Below the pieces are notes generated by a model. The model was not told the DNA's origin, searched no databases, and saw nothing but the letters and a program-made list of their open reading frames with translations. Below are positions 27,790-38,271 of a stretch of DNA of 64,000 nucleotides, one piece after another. The stretch lies in contig JAWODC010000067.1 in NCBI GenBank assembly GCA_046483495.1, positions 1-64,000 of the forward strand, in the 5' to 3' direction. The translations under genes were made by a program, and so were the position numbers. The stretch comes from Desulfobacterales bacterium (GTDB taxonomy: Bacteria; Desulfobacterota; Desulfobacteria; Desulfobacterales; UBA5616). The number at the start of each line of letters is the position of its first letter. Position 1 is the stretch's first letter.

Positions 27790-29135
27790 TGCTTCACACC
27801 TCCGCGGTCTTCAGGTCGGCCGATGCAAAAATAGGAAAACCCGAGGGAGGCGACAAGGGGGGGTGAATAAAGATTCCGCCCGTCGAAAATCACGGGAGCG
27901 GAAAGTGTTTGCCTGATCCTGGTAAAATCCGGATTTCGAAACTGGTTCCACTCCGTGACAACGGCAAGCGCATCCGCTCCTTCGAGTGCCGCATATTGGT
28001 CCTGGTGAATCGATACGGTACAATCGCTGAGTTCTGTTTCCGCCTTTTTGCCGGCCGCCGGGTCATACGCCTGGACCCTGATGTTTTGGCTGCAGACATC
28101 CCGTATAATGGCCAGTGCAGGCGACTCGCGGATATCATCCGTATTTGCCTTGAAGGAAAGCCCCCAAACCGCGAGAACTTTGCCGTCCGTGCCGCCGTTT
28201 TCGGCGAAATAGGACGTTATCTTCCGGGCGAGTACCAGCTTCTGGCGTGTATTGACCACATCGACCGCTTTGAGCAATGAAGGGCTGTATGCGTGCATTT
28301 CGGAGGTGTTGATCAAGGCTCTGACATCCTTTGGAAAGCAGGATCCGCCGTATCCTACTCCCGGATAGATAAAGTGATATCCGATTCGATGATCGGAACC
28401 GATGCCGAGCCGCACATCATGTATGTCCGCACCCACCTGGTCACAGATGTTGGCGATTTCGTTGATATAGGAAATTTTGGCGGCCAGCATGCAATTGGCG
28501 GCATACTTGGTCAATTCGGCGCTTTTGATACTCATAACGATCATTTTATCCCGACTTCGAGCGAACGGCGCATACAGCGCTTCAAGAAGTTTGGCGGTCC
28601 GGATGTTGTCCGTTCCTACGATTACCCGGTCCGGTTTCATGAAATCGGTAACCGCATCACCCTCCTTGAGAAATTCCGGATTGGACACGACGTCGAACTC
28701 CACGTGAAGGCCCCGTTTGTCGATTTCCTTTTGTATGATCCCGCGAACCATATCTGCGGTTCCCACAGGTACCGTGGACTTGTTAATGACTATTTTGTAG
28801 TCCATGATATGTCTTCCGATTTCTTCGGCCACCCTGCAAACGTAGGATAAATTGCAGGAGCCGTCCGGACCGGACGGCGTCCCGACGCAATTGATCACAA
28901 ATAACGCGTCCTGAAGGCCGTCTGGAAGACGGGTCGTGAAGGAAAGCCGGCCTTCTTCGACATTTCGGCGGACCATAGGCTCCAAACCCGGTTCGAATAT
29001 ATGTATTTCCCCACGGTTCAACGTCTCGATAACGCCGTCATCGATATCGACGCAACACACGTCATTTCCGGTTTCCGCAAAACAGGCCGCGGTCACCAGT
29101 CCGACGTATCCTGTTCCGACGATGCAAATGTTCAT
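27786..29135 (-). CDS. ugd: UDP-glucose/GDP-mannose 6-dehydrogenase
   Basis: GTGYVG, KSTVPVG, NPEFLKEG, GYGGSCFPKD and FKANTDDIRESP motifs. Confidence 0.95.
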   Translation of the reverse strand: MNICIVGTGYVGLVTAACFAETGNDVCCVDIDDGVIETLNRGEIHIFEPGLEPMVRRNVEEGRLSFTTRLPDGLQDALFVINCVGTPSGPDGSCNLSYVCRVAEEIGRHIMDYKIVINKSTVPVGTADMVRGIIQKEIDKRGLHVEFDVVSNPEFLKEGDAVTDFMKPDRVIVGTDNIRTAKLLEALYAPFARSRDKMIVMSIKSAELTKYAANCMLAAKISYINEIANICDQVGADIHDVRLGIGSDHRIGYHFIYPGVGYGGSCFPKDVRALINTSEMHAYSPSLLKAVDVVNTRQKLVLARKITSYFAENGGTDGKVLAVWGLSFKANTDDIRESPALAIIRDVCSQNIRVQAYDPAAGKKAETELSDCTVSIHQDQYAALEGADALAVVTEWNQFRNPDFTRIRQTLSAPVIFDGRNLYSPPLVASLGFSYFCIGRPEDRGGVKQ

Positions 29136-29158
29136 GAGTCAATCTCCTCCAAATGGAT

Positions 29159-29193
29159 CAGCAGCTGTTGCGGCCAGGTTGCAACAGCTGCTG
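29159..29193. other. Perfect 13-bp intergenic inverted repeat
   Basis: CAGCAGCTGTTGC-N9-GCAACAGCTGCTG between namZ and ugd. Confidence 0.75.
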
Positions 29194-29256
29194 CATGAAA
29201 ATGGAATACGGCCTTCACAACAGGGTCTTTTGCTTTTGTTATGCAAAAACAACGGC

Positions 29257-30435
29257 TTATTCATAAAGAAAACATTTTTCTGCAACGGATTTGAAATCGG
29301 TCAAATCAGCCGCCCAAGTCTCTTCAAGCCGATCAATATCGTCCAATGCTTCGATGCGTTCACGCAGACGGCGGTCCCCGAGAATCAGGTCTATGGGGAG
29401 TCGATGATACTCATATTCATAAGGCGGCTGTTTCCAGCAAAAATCATCAGGGTGAACGTGCAGGACAGCGGACAGCAATTTCAGAGAGGTGGTGTACGGT
29501 TTGTACTTGCAAGGATCCGTAACATGAATCTGAAAGCCCTTGCAGGGTACTTCGGCCCATTTGTTTGCGGTGGGTTCGAACCGGCAGGGGCGGAGCAGCG
29601 CACCCGGAAATTCCGGCCCTTCGAGGATGTCGATCATTCTATCGGTATTCAGAAACGGAGCGCCGAACAACTCGAAGGGTTGCGTGGTGCCCCTTCCTTC
29701 CGACATATTGGTCCCCTCCCAAATCACCTGGCCGGGGTACACCACTGCCGTTTCCGATGTGGGCATGTTTGGAGACGGGGCCACCCACGGCAGACCGGTC
29801 TCTTCAAAATACATGTGCCTGCGCCATCCTCGCATGGGTATGATCTCCAAGTCGCATCCAATGCCGAAATGGTCGTTGAACAGACGGCATAGCTCTCCGA
29901 CGGTCAACCCGTGGCGCATGGGAACAGCATACCGCCCGACAAACGAGGCATAATCCGGATGGAGGCAATTCCCCTCCATCTGCAAACCGCCGACGGGGTT
30001 CGGCCTGTCCAGTACAACCACCGTCTTGTTCAATGCCCCGGCAACTTCCATGCAGTAGCTGGCCGTATAAATAAAGGTGTAAACCCGCGTGCCCACATCC
30101 TGAAGATCGATGAGCAGGGCGTCGATAGCCTCGAACATTGCCTGCGTCGGGATTCGGGTGTTTCCGTACAAACTGAATACCGGCAGTTCGAGCATCGGGT
30201 CGGTCATGTCATCGGATTCGATCATATTATCCTGCTTTTCGGCGAAGAACCCGTGCTGCGGAGAAAACAGGGTTTTGAGTTTGCCCGGGAAGGACGTTTC
30301 GATCAGACGGCGCGCATGATGAAGCCCGGCATCAACCGAGGCGGGGTTGCACAGCAGCCCGAGGCGGGCTTTCCCGATCCACCCGGGCGGATCGGTTACC
30401 AATCGTTCGAGACCGGTTTGTACCCTTTCTTTCAT
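29257..30435 (-). CDS. namZ: Exo-beta-N-acetylmuramidase NamZ (DUF1343)
   Basis: FSPQHG, DLQDVGTRVYTF, DRPNP, RHGLTVGE, PSPNMP and SEGRGTT motifs. Confidence 0.92.
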   Translation of the reverse strand: MKERVQTGLERLVTDPPGWIGKARLGLLCNPASVDAGLHHARRLIETSFPGKLKTLFSPQHGFFAEKQDNMIESDDMTDPMLELPVFSLYGNTRIPTQAMFEAIDALLIDLQDVGTRVYTFIYTASYCMEVAGALNKTVVVLDRPNPVGGLQMEGNCLHPDYASFVGRYAVPMRHGLTVGELCRLFNDHFGIGCDLEIIPMRGWRRHMYFEETGLPWVAPSPNMPTSETAVVYPGQVIWEGTNMSEGRGTTQPFELFGAPFLNTDRMIDILEGPEFPGALLRPCRFEPTANKWAEVPCKGFQIHVTDPCKYKPYTTSLKLLSAVLHVHPDDFCWKQPPYEYEYHRLPIDLILGDRRLRERIEALDDIDRLEETWAADLTDFKSVAEKCFLYE

Positions 30436-30589
30436 TTCATTTCCTGCTGCCGACCGACGTTTAGAACTTCGCGTGATTCGCTGCACATGAGGGTTCATTT
30501 CCTGCTGCATCCGCCGTCCGTTACGATTTTCTCATTTTCTACCAAATTGCATGGAAAAACACAATTCCATTCATCTTTTTTGAAAAAGC

Positions 30590-30618
30590 TTGACACTCGC
30601 AAAAATAAAAAATACTAA
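30590..30618 (+). promoter_or_regulatory. Candidate sigma70 promoter for the oxidoreductase operon
   Basis: Perfect TTGACA, 17-nt spacer, weak -10 (TACTAA), in an AT-rich divergent intergenic region. Confidence 0.35.
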
Positions 30619-30688
30619 AGTTAATTTTGCGTGAAGTATAAAAATTCAGGTAATTTATTGAATCTAATTCAGTGTTAAAGGATTTGGT

Positions 30689-31369
30689 TTGCGGCTCGAT
30701 CTTAATGGAATTTTTGTAATTGTCGGGAATTATGGAAGCGGTAAAACCGAAGTGGCCGTAAACTTGGCATTTCATGAACGAAAGGCCGGAAAAGAAGTTC
30801 GGATTGCCGATCTCGATCTGGTCAATCCCTATTTCAGGACCCGTGAGGCGCAGCATGCACTGGTGAAAGAAGGTATCGATGTGGTTTTGCCGCCGAAACA
30901 ATATTTACAGGCGGACCTGCCCATATTGTCCCCCATGGTTTCCGGCATGATTCGGAATCCTTCCCAGTTGACGATTATCGATGCGGGCGGCGACGATGTC
31001 GGGGCTACGGTTCTGGCGGCATTGGCCGATTCATTCAAAGGCCGGGAATTCAGCGTCGTTCAGGTGGTGAACCCCTTTCGGCCGTTTACGGAAACGATCG
31101 AAGGGTGTTTGAAGATAAAAGCTGAAATTGAATCGGCGTCAAAACTGCGTATTACCGGAATTGCCGGGAATGCCAATTTGATGGATGACACCACTCCCGA
31201 ACATGTTTACGAGGGCTACGGGTTCGCCAGGCGGCTGGCCGGAGAAAGCGGACTGCCCCTGCTGTTCGTGACGGTGGCTCGACGCTTGCTTGACCGGATT
31301 GAAACCCGAAGGTTTGACTGCCCGCTGTTGATTTTGGACCGGCTGCTCGTTTTTCCCTGGATGAAGTAA
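30689..31369 (+). CDS. P-loop NTPase (MinD/CobQ-like) associated with 2-oxoacid:ferredoxin oxidoreductase operons
   Basis: VGNYGSGKTE, ADLDLVNPYFRTRE and DAGGDDVG motifs. Confidence 0.85.
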   Translation: MRLDLNGIFVIVGNYGSGKTEVAVNLAFHERKAGKEVRIADLDLVNPYFRTREAQHALVKEGIDVVLPPKQYLQADLPILSPMVSGMIRNPSQLTIIDAGGDDVGATVLAALADSFKGREFSVVQVVNPFRPFTETIEGCLKIKAEIESASKLRITGIAGNANLMDDTTPEHVYEGYGFARRLAGESGLPLLFVTVARRLLDRIETRRFDCPLLILDRLLVFPWMK

Positions 31370-31415
31370 CCGATGCATGCGGCTTCAGTCGAGAGTTGCC
31401 GTTTATGAACTCAAT

Positions 31416-31561
31416 AAGTGTTCATCCAGAAATAGGCAATTTCGCGTGAGTTCAAGGCGGGCGCAAGATCGAAACCGCAGGAATCGTGTGCTGTTTTGAG
31501 AATTTCGATCTTGCGTCCAACGCAGAAATCCCGTGAAAGGGCCATTTATGGATGGACACTG
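31416..31561 (-). repeat. Dispersed hairpin element, copy D (146 bp)
   Basis: Reverse complement: CAGTGTCCATCCATAAATGG...ATTTCTGCGTTGG-ACGCAAGATCGAAA-TTCTCAAAA...TTCCTGCGG-TTTCGATCTTGCG-CCCGCCTTGAA...ATTTCTGGATGAACACTT. Confidence 0.85.
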
Positions 31562-31583
31562 ATAAACAGGAGATATGTATTCG

Positions 31584-31814
31584 ATGGCATACCAATTGAA
31601 AATCGATGTGGAACGATGCAAAGGATGCGGTTTATGCGTGTCCGTATGCCCGAAAGGCGCTCTGGAACTATCCGACGAAGTAAACCCCATGGGGTATTTC
31701 CCGGTGGTCCATGCCCGCCCGGAAGATTGCAATTATTGTGCACTGTGCTGCATGATGTGCCCGGATGTGGCGATTGAAATTTCGCAAACCGAAGATGCGG
31801 CTGAGGAAAAATAA
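31584..31814 (+). CDS. 2x[4Fe-4S] ferredoxin subunit (delta) of 2-oxoacid:ferredoxin oxidoreductase
   Basis: CKGCGLCVSVCP and CNYCALCCMMCP motifs. Confidence 0.95.
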   Translation: MAYQLKIDVERCKGCGLCVSVCPKGALELSDEVNPMGYFPVVHARPEDCNYCALCCMMCPDVAIEISQTEDAAEEK

Positions 31815-31826
31815 CGGAGGTAGCAT

Positions 31827-32894
31827 ATGGCCAAAGTGTTGATGAAAGGGAACGAAGCAATCGGCGAAGCAGCCATACGCGCCGGTTGCCTGAATTATTT
31901 TGCATATCCGATTACACCGCAATCCGAGGTTGCCGAATATCTTTCCAAGCGGATGAAAGAAGTCGGCGGAATGTTTCTTCAGGGGGAAAGCGAAGTGGCT
32001 GTTTCGTACATGCTTTTCGGTGCAGCGGGCTGTGGTGAACGCGTATTTACCACCTCCTCCAGTCCCGGCATCAGCCTGATGAGCGAGGGAATCAGTTATA
32101 TTGCATGCGCCCAACTTCCCGTCGTATTTGTCAATATCGTCAGGGGCGGTCCCGGCCTGGGCGGCATTCTTCCCTCCCAGGGAGACTATTTCCAGGCGAC
32201 CAAGGGCGGTGGACATGGTGATTACCGGCTGTTGGTCCTGGCGCCGGCCAGTGTTCAGGAGGCCGTAGAAATGGTTATGGAAGCCTTTCCGCTGGCCGAG
32301 AAATATCGCAACCCGGTAATGGTGATCGGAGACGGGCTCATCGGCCAGATGATGGAGCCCGTGGAATTTCCCGAAGACCTGAAGACGAGTCCGAGCAAAA
32401 AGGATGCATGGGCGACCAGCGGTATGGACACCCGTAAGAGCGGCACCCGGAATATCGTAAAATCCCTTCACCTGGATTCGAAAATATTAAACGAGCTGAA
32501 CCTTACCCTGAGGGCCAAGTATCAACAAATGAAAAAAGAAGAAGTTCGATACGAGGCATATAATACGGAAGGCGATTATCAGGTGCTCATCGTGAGTTTC
32601 GGGACCATGAGCAGAGTCTGCCGGACTGCTGTGGATAATCTGAAAGAAAGCGGCCTGGAAGTCGGCATGATTCGGCCGAAAACGCTTTTTCCGTTTCCGG
32701 AAGAGGCGGTGCGGCGGGCTGCCGACAAGAAAAGCTGTAAGGTCGTTATCAGCATCGAATTGAATATGGGCCAGATGGTGGAGGATGTAGAACGCTCCGT
32801 TCTCGGGAGCCGGCCTGTGGAGTGGTACGGCATGTGCGGCGGAGATATCCCGACACCTGAAGAGGTCATGGAAGCCGTCACCGCGTTGGTCTAG
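31827..32894 (+). CDS. vorB: 2-oxoacid:ferredoxin oxidoreductase alpha subunit (VorB-like)
   Basis: LMKGNEA, YPITPQSE, TSSSPGISLM, RGGPGLG and GGGHGDY motifs. Confidence 0.88.
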   Translation: MAKVLMKGNEAIGEAAIRAGCLNYFAYPITPQSEVAEYLSKRMKEVGGMFLQGESEVAVSYMLFGAAGCGERVFTTSSSPGISLMSEGISYIACAQLPVVFVNIVRGGPGLGGILPSQGDYFQATKGGGHGDYRLLVLAPASVQEAVEMVMEAFPLAEKYRNPVMVIGDGLIGQMMEPVEFPEDLKTSPSKKDAWATSGMDTRKSGTRNIVKSLHLDSKILNELNLTLRAKYQQMKKEEVRYEAYNTEGDYQVLIVSFGTMSRVCRTAVDNLKESGLEVGMIRPKTLFPFPEEAVRRAADKKSCKVVISIELNMGQMVEDVERSVLGSRPVEWYGMCGGDIPTPEEVMEAVTALV

Positions 32895-33004
32895 CTTAAC
32901 CGTTCAGGGACAACATAAAAACGCAATGACAAATGCTTTTCGAAGCCGAAGATTCCTTAGGGCGGTATTTCCGGCCGCGGAGGGCATTTTAAGGAGCGAT
33001 AACA

Positions 33005-33742
33005 ATGCCGAAGACATTCAAAAGGCCCGAAGCCCTTTGCGATCAACCCACCCATTATTGTCCGGGATGTACCCATGGGGTCATTCATCGGTTGATCGCG
33101 GAGGTTGTCGATGAGCTTGGCATCAGGGGAAGGACCGTGGGCATCGCACCCGTGGGATGTGCCGTTTTGGCGTATAACTATTTTACCTTTGATTTTCAGG
33201 AAGCGGCACACGGACGCGCCCCGGCCATGGCAACCGGCATAAAACGAGTGCGGCCGGACCTTATGGTTTTCACGTACCAGGGAGACGGCGATCTGGCCAG
33301 CATCGGCATGGGGGAAATCGTCCATGCCGCCAACCGGGGTGAAAAATTCACCACTATTTTCGTCAACAATGCGGTATACGGAATGACCGGCGGCCAAATG
33401 GCCCCCACGACCATGCCCGACCAGAAAACCACCACCTCCCCCTTCGGTCGGAATGTGGCCGATGTGGGCATGCCTGTCAAGATGGCCGAGCTGCTGGCCG
33501 CCTTGCAGACGCCGGGGTTCATCAGCCGTCAGACGGTGATCAAACCCAAATACATTACCAGGGCCAAGAAATCGTTCAAGCAGGCTTTCGAATACCAGAT
33601 GGCGGGAAAATGCTTCAGCTTCGTTGAGGTGGTCAGTACCTGCCCCACCAATTGGGGGATGACGCCGGTCGATGCCGTCACCTGGACCGAGGAAACCCTG
33701 CTGCCGTATTACCGGCTGGGAGATGTAAAAACGCCGGAGTGA
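33005..33742 (+). CDS. 2-oxoacid:ferredoxin oxidoreductase beta (TPP-binding) subunit
   Basis: YCPGCTH, PVGC, HGRAP, YQGDGD, NNAVYGMTGGQ and CPTNW motifs. Confidence 0.93.
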   Translation: MPKTFKRPEALCDQPTHYCPGCTHGVIHRLIAEVVDELGIRGRTVGIAPVGCAVLAYNYFTFDFQEAAHGRAPAMATGIKRVRPDLMVFTYQGDGDLASIGMGEIVHAANRGEKFTTIFVNNAVYGMTGGQMAPTTMPDQKTTTSPFGRNVADVGMPVKMAELLAALQTPGFISRQTVIKPKYITRAKKSFKQAFEYQMAGKCFSFVEVVSTCPTNWGMTPVDAVTWTEETLLPYYRLGDVKTPE

Positions 33743-33771
33743 TTCGGTTAATTCCGATTAGAGGAGGATCA

Positions 33772-34308
33772 ATGCAAAATGACGTGATGTTCGCCGGATT
33801 CGGCGGCCAAGGGATATTGCTGATGGGAAGTATTCTGGCACATGCTGCCATGGATTTGGGCTATGAGGTGGCCTGGGTCCCCTCCTACGGCGCGGAAATG
33901 CGCGGGGGTACGGCAAACTGCACGGTCGTTATCGGCGACAGGCCGATCGGGTCTCCGATCATCAGAAATCCCCAGCACCTAGTCGCAATGAACCTGCCGT
34001 CTTTAGAGAAGTTTATCCCCAAGGTAAAGCCCCATGGGGTTGTACTTATCAACAGTTCACTGATTTCCATCGGGGCCGGTCGTGAGGATGTCGATGAACT
34101 CAAGGTTCCGGCAAATGATATCGCCGTAAAAATCGGAACGGTTAAAGCCGCCAATATCGTGGCTCTGGCTGCATTCGTCGAAAGAAGTAAAATCATCGAT
34201 ATGGATGTTTTCAAGGATTGTGTCCGGAGCCAATTCAAAAAGAATGAAAAACTCCTTGAATTGAACATCAAGGCCATGGAAGAGGGGATAAAGGCCGCAA
34301 TACAATAG
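33772..34308 (+). CDS. 2-oxoacid:ferredoxin oxidoreductase gamma subunit
   Basis: AGFGGQG and PSYGAEMRGG motifs; RBS GAGGA before ATG 33772. Confidence 0.93.
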   Translation: MQNDVMFAGFGGQGILLMGSILAHAAMDLGYEVAWVPSYGAEMRGGTANCTVVIGDRPIGSPIIRNPQHLVAMNLPSLEKFIPKVKPHGVVLINSSLISIGAGREDVDELKVPANDIAVKIGTVKAANIVALAAFVERSKIIDMDVFKDCVRSQFKKNEKLLELNIKAMEEGIKAAIQ

Positions 34309-34351
34309 CCTTTTTCTTCCGCTCCTGAACATGACGCAAGTGGACGGATAA

Positions 34352-35464
34352 GTGAAAAACGATAAATCGACATTGCCGTTGGATGTTTCCGATTCCATTC
34401 GATCCATCAAACCCTATGTTCCCGGAAAGCCCCTCGAAGAACTCGAGCGGGAGTACGGGATAGCGGATTCCATTAAGCTGGCGTCCAACGAGAATCCGTT
34501 GGGACCTTCTCCCAAGGCTGTCGAAGCCGTCATGGGCGCCTTGTCCCGATTGAATCGTTACCCCGAGGGCAGCGCTCGCGAATTGATCCGAAAGCTCGCC
34601 GGAAAACACGGCATCGATCCCGGTAATATCATCGTGGGAAACGGGTCTGATGACATCATCGGAATGCTGGCCGTGACGTTTCTGGGACCCGGAACCGAGG
34701 TTATTCTGCCGCGCCCCTCTTTTCTGATGTATGAAATCGCGGCCCGGAGCGTGGATGCCGTGCCGGTCTTCGCGTCCTTGGATGCCGAGATGGGCATCGA
34801 TCTCGAAAAAATCGTAAGCTGCATTACATCCGCCACCCGCATGATTTTTTTGTGCAATCCGAACAATCCGACAGGCACCGTCATTACGGACACCCGAATG
34901 GAAGCGTTTTTTCGGGAAATCCCGACGCGTATCATTATTGTGGTGGATGAGGCCTATATTGAATTCGTACGTGATAAAGCCTGCACGAGCACCATCTGCC
35001 GCCTCGATGAATCGCGGCCTGTCGTTGCATTGAGAACCTTTTCGAAGGCATACGGTCTTGCAGGATTAAGGGCCGGGTACGGCGTCATGCCCCGGGAGAT
35101 CGCCGGGTTCTTAAACCGGGTACGACAGCCGTTCAACATGAATGCGTTGGCCCAGGCAGGTGCCGCAGCAGCCTTGGAAGATGCGGCGTTTTTTGAAAAA
35201 ACATTGAAAACAATCCATGACGGACTGGACGATCTCTACCGGAATCTGGAAAGGCTTGGGCTTCGGTATTTCCCCACGCAGGCCAATTTCTTCTTAATCG
35301 ATGTGGGAAGAAATGCGGATGAGGTTTTCGAGCGGCTGTTGAGAAAGGGAGTTATTGTCAGATCCATGACGGCCTATGGATTTCCCACCTGCATTCGGGT
35401 CAATGTAGGGCTTCCTCAAGAGAATAAACGGCTGATCCAAACCCTTGAAAACGTGCTTGCATGA
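34352..35464 (+). CDS. hisC: Histidinol-phosphate aminotransferase
   Basis: KLASNENP, GNGSDD, CNPNNPTG, DEAY and RTFSKAYGLAGLR motifs. Confidence 0.96.
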   Translation: MKNDKSTLPLDVSDSIRSIKPYVPGKPLEELEREYGIADSIKLASNENPLGPSPKAVEAVMGALSRLNRYPEGSARELIRKLAGKHGIDPGNIIVGNGSDDIIGMLAVTFLGPGTEVILPRPSFLMYEIAARSVDAVPVFASLDAEMGIDLEKIVSCITSATRMIFLCNPNNPTGTVITDTRMEAFFREIPTRIIIVVDEAYIEFVRDKACTSTICRLDESRPVVALRTFSKAYGLAGLRAGYGVMPREIAGFLNRVRQPFNMNALAQAGAAAALEDAAFFEKTLKTIHDGLDDLYRNLERLGLRYFPTQANFFLIDVGRNADEVFERLLRKGVIVRSMTAYGFPTCIRVNVGLPQENKRLIQTLENVLA

Positions 35465-36165
35465 TCGACAAAAAGCTTGTCATTACCATTGACGGGCCCG
35501 CGGGCGCCGGTAAAACGACCGTCAGCAGAATTCTTGCAGAACGGTTGGAATACACGTATGTGGATACCGGCGCGCTATATCGTGGAATCGCGCTGAAGGC
35601 GGCTGAAAGAGACATCGATCCGGAAGATGATGACGCCCTTTTTGACCTGTGTGCCGACCTGAACATGGAATTGAAACGCGTTGGAAATGAAACCCGTCTG
35701 GTAGTGGACGGCCGTGATGTGACATCCGACATCAGGACGCCTCGGATTACCATGCTTGCATCCGCCGTTTCCGCCCGTGCGCCGGTCAGGCGGCACCTTT
35801 TGGAAATTCAGCGCGAAATGGGCAGAAAAAGGGAGGTGGTGTTTGAAGGTCGTGATATGGGCACCGTGGTCTTTCCGGAAGCAGATGCTAAATTTTATCT
35901 GGATGCTTCCCCCGGCGAAAGGGCCGCGCGACGCTACAACGACCTGCGCCATGATGCGTCTGTGACGCTGGAAACGGTGGAAAGGCAAATGGCGAAACGG
36001 GATAGAGATGACAGCACCCGAGTCATGGCTCCTTTGAAGCCTGCGGATGATGCCATGGTGATCGATTCTTCAGACAAGTCGATCGAAGAGGTGGTGAGCC
36101 TTATGCAGTCCCACATCATTCGACTGTTCGGCGCCAACGTATCGCCTCGAATCGATGGGGCATAG
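35461..36165 (+). CDS. cmk: Cytidylate kinase
   Basis: IDGPAGAGKTT, DTGALYR and EGRDMGTVVFP motifs. Confidence 0.97.
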   Translation: MIDKKLVITIDGPAGAGKTTVSRILAERLEYTYVDTGALYRGIALKAAERDIDPEDDDALFDLCADLNMELKRVGNETRLVVDGRDVTSDIRTPRITMLASAVSARAPVRRHLLEIQREMGRKREVVFEGRDMGTVVFPEADAKFYLDASPGERAARRYNDLRHDASVTLETVERQMAKRDRDDSTRVMAPLKPADDAMVIDSSDKSIEEVVSLMQSHIIRLFGANVSPRIDGA

Positions 36166-36270
36166 ATAAATTAAAAAAACGTTGTATTTTTTTATTCTAT
36201 TTGGTAAAAATTTCGGGATATGCCGATATCGATTATCGGCAAAAAAAAGGTTTAGGGGGTATTTTATTTA

Positions 36271-38112
36271 ATGGACATTTCAACAAACAACAATTCCAAC
36301 CGTGGTTCAGACCACAATCAACCGCTCGGAGAACCGGACCGGGCGCAATCACCTTCCGCCGCGCCAGGCGATTCACAACCGCAGACTCAGGCAGCTCAGG
36401 ATACCCAATCGGAAATCAAGGATGTATCAGGGGAAGAGGATATGGCATCCCTGATGGCCATGTATGAAGAAAGTTTCAAGCGATTTGCCGAAGGGGAGGT
36501 TGTCAACGGCAGGATCATTTCCGTTGACAAGGACCATGTGCTCGTGGATATCGGGTACAAATCCGAAGGGCAAATCAGGATTAATGAATTCAAGGATGAG
36601 AACGGCGCTGTTCATGCCGAGGTCGGGGACACCGTAGAGGTGATGGTGGAATGGTGGGATGACGAAAATGAAGTCGTGGTATTGTCCAAAGAAAAGGCTG
36701 AAAAGGTCAAGGTTTGGGATGATATCAAAAAATCCTATGAAAACGAGGAGCCCGTTGAAGGGATCATCGTCAATCGTGTAAAGGGCGGTTTTTCAGTGGA
36801 TATCGGCATTCAGGCATTTTTGCCCGGATCCCAGGCCGGTTTACGACCGATTCGGGATCTGGATGAAATGGTCGGAAAGACATTTTTGTTTAAAATCTTG
36901 AAGTACAACCGGAAAAGAAGCAACATCGTCCTATCCCGCCGGGTCATTCTCGAAGAGGAGCGTGAAGCCAAGCGTGCCGAAACGCTGGCGAATCTCCACG
37001 AAGGCGCCGTTGTGGAGGGGGTGGTGAAGAATATAACGGAGTACGGGGTCTTCGTCGATTTAGGGGGGGTTGACGGCCTCCTTCATATCACGGACATATC
37101 CTGGGGACGTGTTAAACATCCATCCGAAATATTTACGGTAGGTGATCACATCACGGTCAAAGTGCTTAGTTTCGATGAAGAAAAAGAGCGCGTTTCCCTC
37201 GGTATCAAACAGCTTACCGAAGATCCATGGGTTGCGGCGAGTGAAAAATACCCGGTCGGTTCCCGGGTCAACGGCGTCATTGTCAGCCTGACGGATTATG
37301 GTGCTTTTGTTGAACTGGAAGAGGGCATCGAAGGCTTGATTCATGTGTCTGAAATGTCGTGGACGCGAAAAATCAGGCATCCCTCCAAGATCGTATCGGT
37401 AGGGGAAGAGGTGGAAGCGGTGGTCCTGGATATCAAACCGGAGAGCCGTCGAATATCCCTGGGCATGAAACAGGTCAGGCCGAATCCATGGGATGTCATC
37501 AGTGAAAAATATCCGGTCGGAACAACCATTGAGGGAAAAATCAAGAACATTACCGACTTCGGTCTTTTTATCGGAATTGATGAAGGCATCGACGGATTGG
37601 TTCACATATCCGATATTTCGTGGACCAAACGGATTAAGCACCCCTCCGATGTGTACAAAAAGGGAGATGTCGTTCAGGCCATCGTTCTGGATATCGAAAA
37701 AGACCAGGAACGGTTTTCGCTGGGAATTAAGCAGCTGCAGCCGGATCCATGGAAAACCGTCGAGGATCGGTATGCGGTGGGAACCGAAATCACCGGAACC
37801 ATAACCAACATCACCGATTTCGGTATTTTCGTTGAATTGGAAGAGGGTATCGAGGGTCTGATCCATATTTCGGAAGTAAGCAAGGGAAAAGTCAAAAATC
37901 CTCTCGAAAGCTATAACGTCGGTGACGAAATCACCGCCGGCGTGATGAACATTAACAGCGAGGAAAGGCGGATCGGTCTTTCCGTCAAACGCTTGGAGAT
38001 TGAAAGCGAGCAGGAATTGCTCAGCGAATACATCAGCAATGCCGGCCCAAATACATCCACCTTGGGTGAATTGCTGCGCGAGAACCTTCAGGGCAAGCTG
38101 AAGGAAGATTGA
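36271..38112 (+). CDS. rpsA: 30S ribosomal protein S1, with a low-complexity N-terminal extension
   Basis: Repeated S1 domains (ITEYGVFVDL, GLLHITDISW, RVSLGIKQL); follows cmk. Confidence 0.98.
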   Translation: MDISTNNNSNRGSDHNQPLGEPDRAQSPSAAPGDSQPQTQAAQDTQSEIKDVSGEEDMASLMAMYEESFKRFAEGEVVNGRIISVDKDHVLVDIGYKSEGQIRINEFKDENGAVHAEVGDTVEVMVEWWDDENEVVVLSKEKAEKVKVWDDIKKSYENEEPVEGIIVNRVKGGFSVDIGIQAFLPGSQAGLRPIRDLDEMVGKTFLFKILKYNRKRSNIVLSRRVILEEEREAKRAETLANLHEGAVVEGVVKNITEYGVFVDLGGVDGLLHITDISWGRVKHPSEIFTVGDHITVKVLSFDEEKERVSLGIKQLTEDPWVAASEKYPVGSRVNGVIVSLTDYGAFVELEEGIEGLIHVSEMSWTRKIRHPSKIVSVGEEVEAVVLDIKPESRRISLGMKQVRPNPWDVISEKYPVGTTIEGKIKNITDFGLFIGIDEGIDGLVHISDISWTKRIKHPSDVYKKGDVVQAIVLDIEKDQERFSLGIKQLQPDPWKTVEDRYAVGTEITGTITNITDFGIFVELEEGIEGLIHISEVSKGKVKNPLESYNVGDEITAGVMNINSEERRIGLSVKRLEIESEQELLSEYISNAGPNTSTLGELLRENLQGKLKED

Positions 38113-38163
38113 TACCCATTGCCGGGCCGCTTTTCAGGCAAGGCATTCGAATTCGGCTTCATA

Positions 38164-38195
38164 CATTTATCCGGTGGGATTCCGCCGGATAAATG
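38164..38195 (+). other. Hairpin downstream of rpsA
   Basis: CATTTATCCGGTGG-GATT-CCGCCGGATAAATG. Confidence 0.6.
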
Positions 38196-38271
38196 CATCG
38201 TTAAGTACGTACACTTTAGGGCGCGGTTCAGAAATGCAGGCGCAGCAGTTTAACCGAAGCTTGTAAACGCC

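Noticed and set aside
28936..29892. 318-aa + strand ORF
   Set aside because: Antisense to ugd and namZ; no recognisable motifs.
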